In this document: piece after piece, positions 1 to 18,089 of the stretch
How positions within the stretch are numbered: the first letter of the stretch is position 1
Layout: each line of letters opens with the position of its first letter
NCBI GenBank assembly: GCA_051294375.1
Contig: CM119269.1
Coordinates: forward strand, 22,032,815-22,096,814
DNA from: Paraspadella gotoi
Taxonomy: Eukaryota; Animalia; Chaetognatha
Length of the DNA stretch: 64,000 nucleotides
Reading direction: 5' to 3'
The notes under the pieces: model-generated
Seen by the model: the letters and a program-made list of their open reading frames with translations, nothing else
Told to the model about the DNA's origin: nothing
Databases searched by the model: none
Position numbers and translations under genes: made by a program

Positions 1-1023
1 GAATGGTCAACCCAGAGAAAAATAACTTCTTTATTTAAAATTAAGAATAAAGATGAAAAAATAATATACATAATATTTAATAATTAATAATAACAAAAAT
101 AGATAATACTTGACCTTTTAGCACAAAGAAATCTCTCCGTATGAGCGTAATTTACAGAATTGTTTTTAACATGACATTGTTTAATAATACCTATACCAAT
201 TCCATACTTGGAATAGGATAAATCTAAAATAACTTTTAATAAGTTCAAACGACATTTTTTAATGACTCTGTTGACCAAATAAATACGAACCGTCACCGAT
301 ACAAAAAAACGAGAAAACCGCTCAATCCGCAAAAGACCCAATATCAAAAATCAATCAACTTCATTTCCTTTACATAAAAAAAATGGAATTAAGATATCAG
401 GGAAAAAAAATCCTAATCTCACGACGAAACTCGGGATTGCGGGGGGGGGGGCGGTGACCGTGAATTTAATCAAGAATAACCAAGAGACCTCATGAAACCT
501 CACGGTGGAACCGTTCGTGACTTCTTAAATAAAGGTTTGGTTACCAGGGGAGTCCGCAGGGGGAGATAAATACTTTTAGGGAAATTAAGAAGGGTCGCTT
601 GGCGGAGAGAGAGAAAAAAAAACCTTGAACCAATTTGACGCCAACTGGAGTAGTTTTGGTTTTAATCGAAGAATGACACTCATTTGGCATTCATGAATGA
701 CATTCATTTGGCATTCATGAATGACATTTCTGAAATTCTTTAATAACTTCTTTTGGTTTTGGTTTTGGTTTTGGTTGATGTCTCGACAACGAAAGTTATT
801 CCATTGCGGAATTCTTCAGGATAGTATTTAAGTGTATTAGCAATTTAGCTTATGTTATCGTCTTTAAGAACTTTTATTTCCTTCGCTTCGTTCACTTTAT
901 GAATTTGACTTTTTCACCAGAAAAATCTTTTTTCACTTTTTCTCTGTCGCCCAAGTTTCCATCACACGACTAAAAATATAAAAAAAACGTTTCTGACCCG
1001 ATAACAAATCTTGACGTATCGTC

Positions 1024-1073
<50 letters not shown>

Positions 1074-1141
1074 CGGCAATCGGTTGCGTCTCCGATCTTT
1101 TCTCTCTTCCCTTTGATTACGACCGCGTGAAATCCTTTAAT

Positions 1142-1228
<87 letters not shown>

Positions 1229-4200
1229 TGTGTGCCTCTCTGTCTCTCTCGTCAAATCAGGTTTATCAAGGGATTTGTCTCGCCCTTTCGCTCATGAGCA
1301 ATTTGGTCTCGATTTGGCACCATGGAACCGTGACACCGTGACACCGTGGCACCATGGAACCGTGGCACCTTGGGAGCCTTTTAGGGGAACAGGATTAGCC
1401 GTCCTCCCCCCCCCCCGAGTTGGAGAGATTAAACGGTTTCAGTTGGAATAAAATCTGTGAGGGATCTTTTAGCCAATTCGTTTATCCATGGAATGCTTGA
1501 CTTATCAAATCTTCCATCACGCGGTCATACGAACAATAGAAACTTCAGTATCTAAGGTTTTTTTATTTCCATATCATTTACATTTATAAGTCGCAGATAA
1601 TTAAAAAAAATGACTACATCATTTAATGGAGTGGGAGGCTTTAAATCTCACCCTGGTTGTCACCTCCCGATGGACCTTTTTAAATCGATCCCCGGCATTC
1701 TACCCTTCAACTTTCATGGAAATGTATATTGTATAATGTATATATATTGTATAATGTATATTATAGTGTATAGTGTATTGTATACTGTTTAACGTGCAGC
1801 GAGCGGCAGTTGGGTTTTAACAGAAATTGGTTCAAACCATTTTGATATTGAATTTGTTTTCTTTAATATTGAACCCGTTTCCTTTATTTTTCTTTATTTT
1901 TATTTAGTTTTCTTTATTTTTCGATGGTCTTTACTTTCCAGCAGAAAAAGAATTTTAAAAAATAACATTATACTTTTAAACAACACTATTTTTCTCAATT
2001 TTCTTCTTAATCTTCTTAATTTTGAATGTTTAATATAATAATTTTTGCGCCTTTGAGAAAGAGAGTTTCAGTTTATGTAAGTTTAATTATGTTCTTAACG
2101 GAAGATACCTTGTAAATTGAATGAATGAAACCTTTATACTCATATTGTGCACTTATTGTTCTGTATGCGGAACAACAAAGTCACAGATTTTTTCTCTCCG
2201 CAAATAACTAAAGCGTCAGAACGAGCGGCGCCCTATTTTCAGCGTCACCTTCCGGCGCGCGTGACGGTGAGAGTAAGAAACGAGAGTGAGTCCGTGATTA
2301 GAAGCGCGTGAGACTGAGAGACAAAGTGAAAACCGAAAGTGAGATTGAGAGGCTCACCGTTCACGACGCTTTCTCTATTTCGCGATTTAACCCAAAAAGA
2401 AACGACCTTCGAAAACCGTGATGCGCCATTTCCTCTCTCTCTCTCTCTCTCACCTCTTCCAAATCCCCGAATCCTCTCGCTCTCTATCTCTCTCTCTCTC
2501 TCTGTCTTTCACCTCCCCTAATTCCAGTCCTTGCCCGACGAGTCGCCCTCTCAAGACCCATAAGGTTGTTTTGGGTCACGTGACCTAAAAAAATGAATCC
2601 GATTTCCAGACGCAGAGAGAGAGAGAGACAGAGAGACAGAGAGAGAGACAGAAAACGATATGTTTGGATCGTTTTTTCCTCTTTAATCTCCTCCCGAGAA
2701 AATAATCGGATATCTAGATTTGGGTGGAGGTGGAAGGTGGAAGGTGGATGGTGGAAGGTGGAAGAGGCTCAGGGGGAGCGTTTGAGAATCCGGGAGGTAA
2801 ATGACCAAGAGAGAAATCAACGGAGCGTGAATAGATGAATACAAAGGAGAGACTCGGATAGAGAGAGAGAGGAAAAGATCGAAACGTTGTTTGTACGAAT
2901 GTTATATATCGAATGTTAAAACGAAAAACTTAAAAATGAAGCAGTTTGTGATTTATTTGCTATCGATCAGTAATTAACGAGAGAGAGAGAGAGAAAGTGT
3001 ATATATATCTACAAGTTCTGAAGAAATTGATAGCATGTGAATTAGCGAGAGAGATGTCCCGCTTAAAAAAGAAGAACAAGACTGAAACTTGATATTTTGT
3101 GTCTAAAGATCCTTCTTCTGTTTACTGTCTCATCTGGCCAACGGGCATCCAAAAGCTTAAATCAATTAGCATACTAGATTTTTTTAATCATATTTTTTTA
3201 TTATTTTCAGCAAAGGAAAAAAAATAATCATTATCATATTTACAACAATCAATTTAAAAATTCGTACCCTGTTTTCGAGGCTGTTCCTGTAGTTCAATTT
3301 GACTTCTGCAAAAGCGATAATAATTGCAAAGGTAATTTACAATAATTTGAAGGAAAAAATCTATAGTTAGAACGAGAGCATTGTATTAAATAGTTATCTG
3401 CAGAGAGTCTCGTCTGTACACAGGAACCAAAAAAGCTAATATCACATATTTACAGATAGCAATGCAATTTATTTTTCTGATGGCACATTCGTTTGCAGAT
3501 CAACAATGAAATTAAAACAACCGCAATATTTTTAAGAAATTACATATATCATATTGTATTTACATCGTTGAGTTTATGAGTTGGGAGAGGGGAGGGAGAG
3601 AGAGAGAGAGAGAGAGATAGAAAGAGAGAGAGAGAGAGTCTGGTAAGTTTCGCCCTCGAGAGGTCAAGTCTTTTTATTCTCTGTCGCTACGTCTATTTAA
3701 ATCCTGGACGAAGTTTTCTTTTCAAGCAGTTTCGTCTGAAAAAATGAAAAAAAGTATTTTTCTGAAAATATGTTACGCAGCATCAAACGGCATTTTTAAG
3801 CATATTTCCGCATCATTCAATCACCCATTCATACAAACATACGAACATCCAAACATTTTCCCAACATGCAGCAATTAACACGCTCATTTAAAACTTTGAA
3901 ATGCAATTTTTTTAAAATCAGTTGACCAGTTTTTGACAAGTTGGATTTTCGAGAGAGGTTGCAAGTTTGATGTACAGCAATAAATGGTTAATAGCATTAT
4001 TATCATTGGCGCACAAATATTAACAAAAGAAAAAGCGAGATATTACAATGGAGAATTTGGCGATTAAGAAGCGGGCGGGTTGTAAAAATGCAAATCTGGA
4101 AAAGTGTTATTGATCGCATCGCGTAAAAAAAAATGTTATTACAAGCATTATTAAATTCGTAAAAATCGACGATTATAATTAAGCGATTATAATTAATCGC

Positions 4201-4405
4201 TTGGCGCGAGAGGAATTAAAATTCGAAAAAAATAAGCGCGAGAAAGTTATGAGTTTTGAGGTTAAATGTAGCTTAATTTTTAATATGATAATTGATTTTT
4301 AAAAGTAGCGGCGGTTGAAGCTTGGGAAAGTCGAACGTCTTTTGTGCGAAGGGGAAAAGGATGAGAGGTGGGGAAAAGCAAGCAAGGGGGTTGAGGGGCC
4401 ACCAA

Positions 4406-7441
<3,036 letters not shown>

Positions 7442-7885
7442 TTTTCTTCTTTATCAAAATCGATCCTTTGACGACAAATGTGAAGATGGAAGTTGAGAAA
7501 TGTGAAAAATGTGAAAAGTCCCGTAGATTGTGAAAAAAGTCACGGATTTATTAGGGGGGGTAATTTCGTTGTCTTCGTATCTTTATTTAAATTTTTATTA
7601 TTTCAGTCGATTTGATCATCAAAAAGTTTCTTTATTTCAACAATTGTATTTGTTTTCGTTTTAATTATTTAATTCCATAAAATTTCATTTAAGTCATTCG
7701 TCTTTGAAAGCGTCAGGTCGTCAATTGTGAAGTGAGACTTTTCTTCACTTTTCCTCCTTTAAATACCAGAACGTAGTGGCCTTTCGTTTTGTTGTCTTCG
7801 TCGTCGTCGTCGTCGTCGTTATCGCTACGGTGGCTTCGTCGTCGTCGTCGTCGTCGGCATTTTTTTTTTGCCGACGGCGGATTGA

Positions 7886-7919
<34 letters not shown>

Positions 7920-10900
7920 TCGCCGCTTTGAGCGTCCGATCGTCCGAACGTCTCTTCCCGATCGCGTCACGAATTCCCGCGCAATCTTTTGAAACTTTTT
8001 TGGCTTTATTTTCGAAAGGCGCTCCTTTTCCGTTCCTCAATCCCAATAATCGAATTTAAAATAAATATTTAACTTTAGTCTTTCATCAAACTTATAACCT
8101 AATTTTTAATGCTAATTCTTACCCATGACCTAATCTTAAACCCGAAACTTAACCATTAAACAATAATCTTTAAATTAAATAAATTAAAATATCTAACCTT
8201 AATTCGTGATATTAATTACTCTATTATTCTATACTCTAATCTTTCAATTAACTTTTAAATTTAAAAATAAATTTAATTCTGAATTTAATATTAAATTGGG
8301 TGCACTGGGAAAATAAGGCCAATTTGTAAAAAATAAGGAGAGAGAAAAAAATTGGTTTAATGAAAAAAATAGGAATGTGAGCTTGAAAGCGCCCTTATAG
8401 TTATTATTATTAACTTAGCTCCTTGGGTGATATAAAAAACTTACATCTTCAATTTTACATCACCTCCACTCCTTTTTGTTCCGACTTAATTTTTCAATAA
8501 ACGACTTCTTAACAAGAATGATGTCTAATATCTAATTAGAAAACTAGGGCAGAAAGTAACTTTTAACTTTGTGTTGTATAGATGCTCCCTCCATTTCCAG
8601 AAGACCACACTAACATCCCTCTCCCCATTACATTATAAAAGAATATTTAAAGAATATAAAAGAATTAATACTTAAATCTAATACATATTGAATTATATTA
8701 AACTTTTACGTGCATTTTATAATTTAATCCAATTTAATCTAATATATTTTATTTAAACATCTTTTTTTAACACACACACACATAGACCAAGTCTATCGAG
8801 TCGATTTATAAGTTGTTTCATTAAAATAAATTCAAAGTACATCGTATTCTTTTCGTACCATAATACTATAATTCGAATTTTTTTAGAAAAAATCCTAAAT
8901 AAATTTTGAATAGCTTTAAACTTGTATTAATTTAAGGCACTTTCTATCCTGGTAGGAAAACAATGTAAAAGGATCAATTCAACATTGACCCAAATTGTAT
9001 CTTACTTACTGTATAAGTCCACGGCGACCACCAAGACCACCACGACCACCAGACCACCAAGACCACCACACCGCCGAGAAGTAAATCGACCACAACGCGA
9101 CCGTAAACAATTTCTCCTTGTCCACCGATCGATTTTAATTTCTCACCGATTTTTTAAATTCTTTCTCCCCGATCGGTCTCTGCCTCACCTAGGTTTCATC
9201 CGGGTGCCGCGTCGCAGTAACTTTTCCCCCCTGATCGGCTCAGTACTGAAAGAGTTAAAGAGAAACGACTTTAGCTAATTCTTTTCATTCTTTCGTTGTC
9301 TTCATCCAGGGGTCTGGAGCAAAAGGCCAGGGCTTTTACGTGGGCTCGGCTCGAGGTGGTCATTTTCAAAATGAAATTCCTGGCGAAACCGTTTTTCGGC
9401 TTAAATAGGATCGCTCTCTCTCTCTCTCTCTTTGTCGATCTCTTCTCTCTCCCTGGCGACCTGAGCCGCTAATTACTAAGGGCTTTTGTTCTCTGGCATG
9501 TGTGGCCGTTTCGATTCTGGTGGCCTCTTTATCTCCCTCTCCCTCGGACTATAAGTCCCTCTGTGTGTGAGCGCGAGTGACCAGAGCCAATGAAGATTCC
9601 ATTTCTTTCATATGTTGGATTCCACGAAAAGGTGGAACCGAACATTCTCACGGAGTCGATTAAAACTGAACTGAACTGAACTGAACCGAACTGAACTGAA
9701 CATTCTCAAAACTCAAAACCTGCCAATTCTGTGTGACAACCGAAGCCGTTTCACATCCATCCCTCCCTTTTTCTGTGCGAATAAAATTAATTAAATTATT
9801 AACTTTTTTTAAATCATTACGATTATATCAATATGTTTCGAGCTCCGAAAGACCAAACATTTGTCTTAATCATGTCAGAGGTAAACGGGTCCAATGAGGA
9901 ACGCCATCGAGTCTAAATGTCGGCGACCATATTCTCTCCAAGAAATTAATCTTCCAGATCGGTGGCCATGGGAGAGTCGCAGGCTCACGATGCAATCAGT
10001 TAAGAAAGCAAACCATTCGAAAAGCCCTCTGCCTAATCTGGGAACCCAATTTTTCATCTGCACAAGTTTTCCTGACTAATTTCGCCAGAAAAGATGTTTG
10101 ATTGTTGCTGATTTATAATTTTAAAGGTTAAGCTCCATAATAAGTTATCCTTTAGTTTTAACTTTAAAGTGGTATTTTTTTTCTGACCAGACGCGACACG
10201 TTGCGCTCGACAGGAAAAAAAATGTCTAGACGGCGAAGTTTTGTCTGAGATTTTTTTTCCCCATCTTTTTTTTCGGAGAGAAAAAATGGGTTTATTCAAC
10301 GAATTAGTGAATAGTGTCTGAAATTTTTTTTTACGCTCTCTTGCTCGATATATTCTCATGGTGAATCGCTAGGCCGACAACCGTAGGCGCTTGTCCTACA
10401 TGTTTTTTTTTCTATTTTTTTGTGATTTTTTTCATCTTTTTTTTCTCTTTTTTTTTTAAATCGCCGTGATCTTTTGTTTAAAATGGTGATAGGTCTGGCT
10501 TTCGCCGTCGGCCGTAGCGTTTATACGTAAAAAAAAAACAAAAGTCCTCGAGGAAAAAAAAATTCTTTGTCAGATTAATCATTAAATATTTAAAAGAGTT
10601 GAATAATTACATCATATCGACAAGAGTTTTTTCTTTCTTTCGAAACAAAACAGAAATAACCCTTTTTTGACGGGTCGTTTTTCATAAGACCAAATTCAAA
10701 TATGTTCATATTCATATATGTTCAAAAAATATAAAATATACGATACTTGCGCCCTTAAAATAATTTTTTTTAAATTAATCGCGCCGAATTAAATTGGCAT
10801 TTAACAGCAGGTGTCTATCAGTCTATCAATCTTCCATTCAATATAATAAAGTTCAACATTTTAATACCAATTTTCCATTCAACTTAATTTTTCACCAAGA

Positions 10901-11217
10901 TTATGTCGTTTTGGACAATAAACGTTTAATCGTCAACGTGAAAATTTATTCAAATTCAACCTTCAAATTCATGAAATCATTTCGGATCGATTCACACACA
11001 CGCCTCCCCTCTCTCTCTCGTCTCACTCAGGATACAATCCTGTTCTGCCCCGTCACGGTCCGCCTCTGGGAGGCGTATCGGCGTAGGCGGACACAGCCCG
11101 CCCTAGCGGCGGCGCCCTCGGCGGCGAGGGTTCTCAAAACTTGGGACAGTTTTTCGTGATTGATCGAGTCGGCGACTCTTTTTTCAATTTTTCCCCCGGA
11201 TCCTTTTTGTGACCGAC

Positions 11218-11313
<96 letters not shown>

Positions 11314-13059
11314 GAAGAGAGAGATAGAGAGGGCTCTCGTCGGAGCTCTGACGCGCTCTATTCTATTCTGTTTCTTCCTTGTTTTTTTTTTTCAAATTCG
11401 TCTAACCACCGCCGCCACGCCCCATCCCCTTTCCCTCCGCCACAGCGCCCCCCCTATTTCCCCCTCCGCCACAGCATCCTCCCCCTTTCTCCCTACCCTC
11501 AATCCCTCCCCCCCCGAGAGCGCCGATTTTTTTTTTGCCTCTCGATCCATCGATCTTCATCGATCAAAGGATTCAATGTCCGTCGGAGGGATTAAAGGCG
11601 GCGGCGGGATTTAAAAGCTCTGTGGCGGCGCGGCGCGGCGTGCAGCGGCGTGCGGCAGGATGCGGCGGTGGCGGTGGCGGTGGCGGTGGGGTGGAGAGCG
11701 GCGAGAAAAACGTTGCGGTTGTTCGCGGTTTGAAAGAGGACACAAATCAGAGAGGAATGCGAAACGCTTCCAATCGATTCGATTCGGTTATAAACTTTTT
11801 ATAAGTTAAATCTGAATCTTGACTTCAAAATTAAAATTAGTTAAAATTCATAAAATTTATTAAAATTTCTTATCTATAAATTTGAAAGAATTGATTAATA
11901 GGGTATCGAGTCATATTAGAAATTTTGGGTTTATTGAAATTATCCTTGAAAATGTATAAATTTTCATTTAAGAACTTATATGAAATTGGTACAACCAATA
12001 TATATATATTTTTTAAATCTAACAGCTAAAATTATATAAAGCTAAATAATTATTTTTTGAAGAATTAATTTTTCTCGCCAAGTTGTTTTGTTGTTGTCAA
12101 GAGGATCACTTTTACTGGGAATACACATCGTAGACAGTAGGTTTTGTAAAAATTTGACGAATAACAACATGACACACTTTTGTCGATAAATAAGAATAAA
12201 GTATTGGAATTAGGCAAACATAAATAAATCACTATTTTAAATTAAAAATTCAGAATTTTTTTTACAATATGCGTTAAGAAAATTGTAGAATTTTTATCTA
12301 ATATTAAATTTACATTCCTAAATACTATGTAATATAATCTGTTGTTAAACAATTTTTGTTTAATTTATTAATTAATCTTTGATGGAAGAATCGACACAGA
12401 ATTCATTTAGTAATGAATGAAAGAGGACTTGATAACGGGTATCAACATTTCATTGGCATTTGATGTTAAAGTTAAAAAATGGTTTGTTTTTTTTTATCTT
12501 GGTAATTAGTCAACTACCCGCAAATAGTAAAGAAAACTAGTTTTTTTTATCGGACAAATTACAACATTGAGTTAACAAGAAAAATAAAATTCTTGCCTCT
12601 ATAATAAAAAAAATTAGTGTTATGTTGGTACAGCTGAAAGACATTCACGGTTTTTTATTTTTATTCTAAAAATTACTAAACGACAAAGAAAGTGCAAGCG
12701 TAGCGTACTGTACAAAAAGACTACCTCTTTGGTGGCGTGGTATTATTTTCAAAATAATACCCTAATAATCGCGAATTTGAATTGAAAATATTTCGTATTG
12801 ATTACTCTTTGGCCAATTATAACTGCCATACTATACCTTTGCATATTGCATAATCCTCTTGTAGAAAGGAACAACGGTCAAACGATGTGACAATTTTTAA
12901 ATGATTCAAGATTTCGATTCAATAAGCATCTCTGCTCGAGCTGCAAACTGTGCAGGTCTTCCGAATGCAAAGAAAAGACGCGTAGTCGGGCATTGGAATG
13001 TGTTCACTTTTCAACTTTTTTGTAAATACAAATTATTATAATTCTAGTTGTAATTCGGC

Positions 13060-16000
13060 TTAAGCGTAGGACGTCAACGCCGGCGATGGTTGTCGAGGCT
13101 GCGGAGAATTTCCCGATCTTGTCTCTCGCTGCTCTGTCGCGTCTTGACGAAGATGCTGACGCTGCTGCTGCTGCGAGCGCTGCTGAGTCTGTCGGTACTG
13201 CTGCTGCTGAAAATGCATCATTCCACGATGCTGTTGCTGCTGCTGCTGTTGCGGCTGGAGTTTGTCGTTGAAGTAGTCGTTCTCTACGACGGAGATTGGC
13301 GACGGCGGCGACGCCTCGCCCGCCGCGCCGCCGCCGTTGGAGGCGCCGCTGTCCAGAGACAGTTGACGAGGATGCGAGTTTTTCTCCTCGTCGCCGACGC
13401 CGCCGACGCCGCCGCCGACGCTGAGGTTGCCGACGCATCGAAACCCGCGACTGGACGATTCCGGATCCGTGTAGAGCCGGTGGAAAGAGTTGCTGCGGCG
13501 CTGCCGCTCCTTCGAACGCTTCCTGCGTCGCCACTGCTTCGTGATCTGATCCGGCGGGGGCGGCGTGGTCCGCTTCGGCGAGGGACCCTCGCTGTTGGTC
13601 CCCGCGCCGGCGCCGAGGGAACGCCTGGACGGTGGCCGAGACGGTGGCCGATCCAATTGCGCCAATTCGAAGTATTCCATCTGCAACGAGGTGCGTTGCG
13701 AATGATGTCCGCCTCGACGTCGATGAGGTGAACCGTCGTAGGTGCCGCGTTCGAGGAAAGGGATTTCCTCGTAACTAAGGAAAGAGGTAAGTTGATAAAA
13801 GGTAAGTTCGGATAGGATCGATGTCTAAGGAGATGGCTCTCTTTTCCGAGAGTGGCCCGTTCTGTTCGTTCATCCCGGAATTTAATTTTAAGCTTAATAT
13901 TTAACCTAAATATGTTTTTTTTAATTTATAAGTCAAATCCCTAAACCTGATATAATCTTAAACTCTAACCCTAAACCTGACCTAATCTTAAACTCTAACC
14001 CTAAACCTGACCTAATCTCTAACCCTAAACCTGACCTAATCCTAAACTCGAATCCCTAAACCTGACCTAATCTTAAACTCTAACCCTAAACCTGACTTAA
14101 TCCTAAACTCAAATCCCTAAACCTGACCTAATCTTAAACTTTAACCCTAAACCTGACCTAATCTTAAACTCTAACCCTAAACCTGACCTCTAACCCTAAA
14201 CCTGACCTAATCTTAAACTCTAACCCTAAACCCTTATCCTTAATTTTTAACCTTAATCTCTAACCCTAAACGCTAGTGCTTAAACCAAATCCTTAACTTT
14301 AATCATTAACCTTTAACCTAATCTTTAACTAAAAAAATTGACTTAATTCCAAATTTAAAATAAAATAATATAATATTCTGGGAAAATAAGGCCAATAAAG
14401 ATTTATAGAGTAAGGGGATAAGGTTAGGCAATGATAGTTAGGTATTAGGTTAAGGTAATTGATGGGTTTAAAGCAATTGTTAAAAGAATAAGGTTATAAA
14501 TATTTTAATTAAAATTTTAAATTCCGGGATTGGAAACCAAAAGAGATCGCTTTCGGAAAATAGAGCCCACGAGTGCACAGTGATGAAAAGTAGTTTAGAG
14601 GAAGGTGTCCAAGTGATGCAATTTTTTTTCCGATTTGCGCTATTGCAATGTGCAAGAGCGATGATAGCAAATCCGATTCGATACTAATGCGTGCTATTAT
14701 ATGGATTTAAATATTTCTTTAAAAATAAAAGAGCTTGTGCAAGGTTATGTCATTGAAAAAAAATATAAGCGGCGATATATATAGTAGTATCGGTGCGACG
14801 GTGCCTGGCTAATAGTCGATTTTTAATTAATTTTTAATAGTGAATTTTTGCCGCGAAAAAAAATTCACCTACCTCGAAACATTTCACAATGCGAGGTTCT
14901 TGAGCTGAGGAATCTTAGAAAGTTGATGGAATAATAAAAATTTCACGTTATATACGCTAATCTGGTACTAATTGTCCAGTAAAATTAATGACCCTTCTTG
15001 CAAGTTATTGTATATATATTATATAGTATGATGGACCAGCTGCGTTTGTGCTTTTTATCATCTATCTTTTTGGTTTTTCAATTTTAAAGGGTAAAGTTTT
15101 ACACTTTACATCTTGGTAATTAGTGCAGTTGCAGATTTAGATCTTATGTAAAGAAAATAAATGAGGTTTGGCTGAAATTGTCGATGACTAATGAAAATCT
15201 ATGCACAATTAAACGATTACACACAACGTATGTTTTTAAATGTTTCTATATCTATTTTTGTATTTGATATTATTTCATTGAGGCTTTTGCAGGGACCTGC
15301 TATGTCATTATCTTGTAAGAGTGATGGAGGCTTTAAACCACCAAAGCCTGTCCAAAGTCAGGGACAAGATAGCTTGTTTATTAAATAAATGAATAATTTT
15401 TATATTGGTTGTACCAATTTCATAAACATTTTTTAAAGTTAATTAACAGGCTTTTTTGGGGAATTGGTGCAGTTTTATTAAAAACCATGCATTCAATCAG
15501 AAAAATGATCCTGTTAAAAGGATTGAAAGCGTGGTCTTGACTTGACTTGACTTGACTTGACTTGAGGCGACTTAATAAAACTGATTCTCATGAAAAAAAA
15601 CAACTGTTTATTAACTAATCTTTTTTACGGTGAAAGCGATCACTCTTTATTTCTTTTCCTTTTTCTTTCTTTTTTTAAAATTTTAATTTTAATTCTCATT
15701 TTGGAAGAACAACCAATCACGGTTCCCCAACTCACCCTGGTAAGTTAGTCCCGGACGAACCGTTGCTGCGCTTGAGAGACCTGAAGTCAGCACCGTCGTC
15801 GTCCACAGCTGCGTCCAGCGCCTCCGCGGATCGAGACTCTCTCTCCTCGAGCATCTTGCGGGTTTCCTCCTGAGGTAAGGATGGAAAGGGTAATTGAAGA
15901 CTTTCCTCAAGTAAGAAAGTTAATTACCAGTTGACTGTTAATCAAAAAATTATATAAACTTTAGGATTAAGCTGTTTGTCGATCAAGTGTTGATCATTGC

Positions 16001-16799
16001 CGATCAAGGGTCAATGCCAAATGACACCGCCAGAGGTCGGCGCCAATGGTTTACCTAGAGCGGTTAGATGATGTCCCGCGGTTCTATTTGTATGTTTTAT
16101 TTTATTTTCATAATTATTATATCATTCGTTTTACATATTTTGTCACACTATATAACTTAACCCACCCTTTTCTATCACATCACATCATCATTTCAGTTTA
16201 CACCTTTGACATTCTATCCCCTCATTCTATCACCTCATATACCTCATTCTATCACCTCAAAGCTTGCAGGGACCTGCTATGTCATTATCTTGTAAGAGTG
16301 ATGGAGGCCTTAAAACACCAAAGCCTGTCCAAAGTCAGGGGCAAGATAGCTTATTTATTAAATGAATGGATAATTTTTATATTGGTTGTACCAATCTCAT
16401 ATACCTCATTCTATCAGCTCATATACCTTATTCTATTACCTCATATACCTCATTCTATCACCGCACCTTTCCCATCCCTTTCCGCCACTGCACCCTTTTC
16501 ATAAACCTTTATTAAATTTAAATTAATTAGATTAATTAAATTAAATTTAATAAAATATTTCATCCATTCAATTTCCCTCCGTCAACTTCATCAACGACAT
16601 CACTGTCACACCCATTCTCGTCCCAGGTCTGCAGGTCCTGCACCTGTCTCTTGAGCTGCAGCTGCAGCCGCCTTTCTTCCCGCGCTTTCTCCTCCCTGAT
16701 TCTCGGTTTGTAAAAGTGAAAGTAGGAGAAGCAGCAGCCGCCGCAGGTAAAGAGGAAGATGAGGATGACGAAGACGAGTACGATCTCGCTGACTTCCAT
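13060..16799 (-). CDS. Uncharacterised single-pass membrane protein, 3 exons (16799-16644, 15869-15736, 13774-13060), ~334 aa
   Basis: The GT-AG joins keep frame: ..LKRQ|EETRKMLEE..GTNLPG|YEEIPFLERG..MEYFELAQ..ALTSYA*. Total 1005 nt. N-terminal hydrophobic stretch IVLVFVILIFLFT followed by CGGCC. Exons are GC-rich like the other genes here. No homologue recognised. Confidence 0.6.
13834..14568. mobile_element. MITE/foldback-like element with internal telomere-like TAACCC repeats
   Basis: Ends GGCTCTCTTTTCCGA.. and ..TCGGAAAATAGAGCCC are inverted. The interior has ~30-bp CTAACCCTAAACCTGACCTAATCTTAAACT units at 13940-14280. Confidence 0.6.
15281..15424 (+). repeat. Dispersed ~140-bp interspersed repeat (copy 1)
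   Basis: TTGCAGGGACCTGCTATGTCATTATCTTGTAAGAGTGATGGAGGC..AAAGCCTGTCCAAAGTCAGGG..ATAATTTTTATATTGGTTGTACCAAT recurs at ~16260-16400 (+) and ~28838-28983 (-). Diverged copies at ~21769-21892, ~49181-49310 and ~56278-56340; fragment at ~11977-12000. Confidence 0.85.
16260..16400 (+). repeat. Dispersed ~140-bp repeat (copy 2)
   Basis: High similarity to 15281-15424. Inserted in a short ACCTCATATACCTCATTCTATC tandem tract. Confidence 0.85.
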
Positions 16800-18022
16800 A
16801 TCTCGGATTCCCCGGTGATCTCTTCGAGGTTTTTCCGATTTCGCGTAGCCCTGGTTTTTTTTAAAAAGGGAATGAGAAGGAAGAGTGAGTTTGATTGAAC
16901 ATTATCCTTTTAAACTAAGGAGTCACAAGCGCCACGACTGAATGAAATACATTGTACTACAGGGTAGAGTGGAGCACTTGAGAACAAAAATTTGATTTGT
17001 ATCAATTAACAATAATAATTTTATGCGGGACAGTATGATTATTGAACAGAAAAGCAAAATATAATATATTTATAGTATTATCTTTATAAAATAAGATTTT
17101 TTTTTTTGAAATTTTTATTAAAGATTCAGATTTTTTTTATAAAAAATTAAACCAAAACACATTATCACAAATTTTTTTGTCTTCAATGTTAAAATTGAAA
17201 AAAGGCTAAAATTCTTAATTTTTTAACTCTCTGTAATAAAAACTATTATATGATAAACTATTTTTGTTATTTTTCGAAGTTTTAACATTAAAATATTATA
17301 TAAAAAATATAGATAGTGAAACAAATAATTTTGAAAATCCGAAGCTGTTATAAAATTTTTTTAAAAATCAATTTAAAATTTTATAAATTTATAAGGATAT
17401 TATTACAAAAAAAATATAATTTGCTATACTGTTTTGTTAAAAAAATTTTTTAAAAAATTTTTTTTAAATATATAAACGGAGGGGGAAAAAATATTGTTAA
17501 CTCGCTTAATCTTTTCATCACTCCACCCTACAACAGGGTTCTATTTTAAATTTGATAAAAATGCATGTAAAAGAGCTCTAATATAATTTTAAGGTCCCGA
17601 GTTCAAAACCCTTACCCGATGTACCCTTCCTTAAGTCACGGAAAGTCGTCTTCAGACCCGCTTAGCACCTCTTCGTCAAATATAGTTATTATTAAGTAAG
17701 GCTTTTCATGTCATTCACGTCGATTCTGTGAATCAACTTACGTCGTCAAGTGAACGTAGATGACGGGAGGAGGAAGAGGAAGAGGAGGAGGAAGAGGAGG
17801 ATGAGGCGATGTCGAGGGCGATGAAGTCAACATCTTCGGTGATGAAGCTGAGATGGAAGGACATCAAATCATGAACACTCTGTCTCTATCTCGGTTTCTT
17901 TTCTTTTTTTTTCATTTTCTTATTTATTTTGTTTTTTCCATTTATTTTTTACAGTTGGTAAGGTCAACACAAAACCTCACAAAAACTTTTTTTTATTTCT
18001 TTCTTCCTTTTTTTATTTTAAT

Positions 18023-18089
<67 letters not shown>

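Noticed and set aside
962-1255. ORFs with poly-RE or poly-SL (also 2593, 11209, 19756, 27576, 30628, 34719)
   Set aside because: Translations of (GA)n/(CT)n microsatellites.
13090-13731. Long antisense or alternative-frame ORFs over GC-rich exons (also 41160, 42565, 51083, 54848, 56457)
   Set aside because: Shadow ORFs expected from stop-poor GC-rich or repetitive coding sequence.
13940-14280. True telomere or chromosome fusion site
   Set aside because: The repeats are degenerate, interspersed and bounded by inverted ends at several loci, which fits a mobile family.
17590-17615. tRNA gene from an isolated B-box (also ~20858)
   Set aside because: No cloverleaf or A-box; at most SINE debris.
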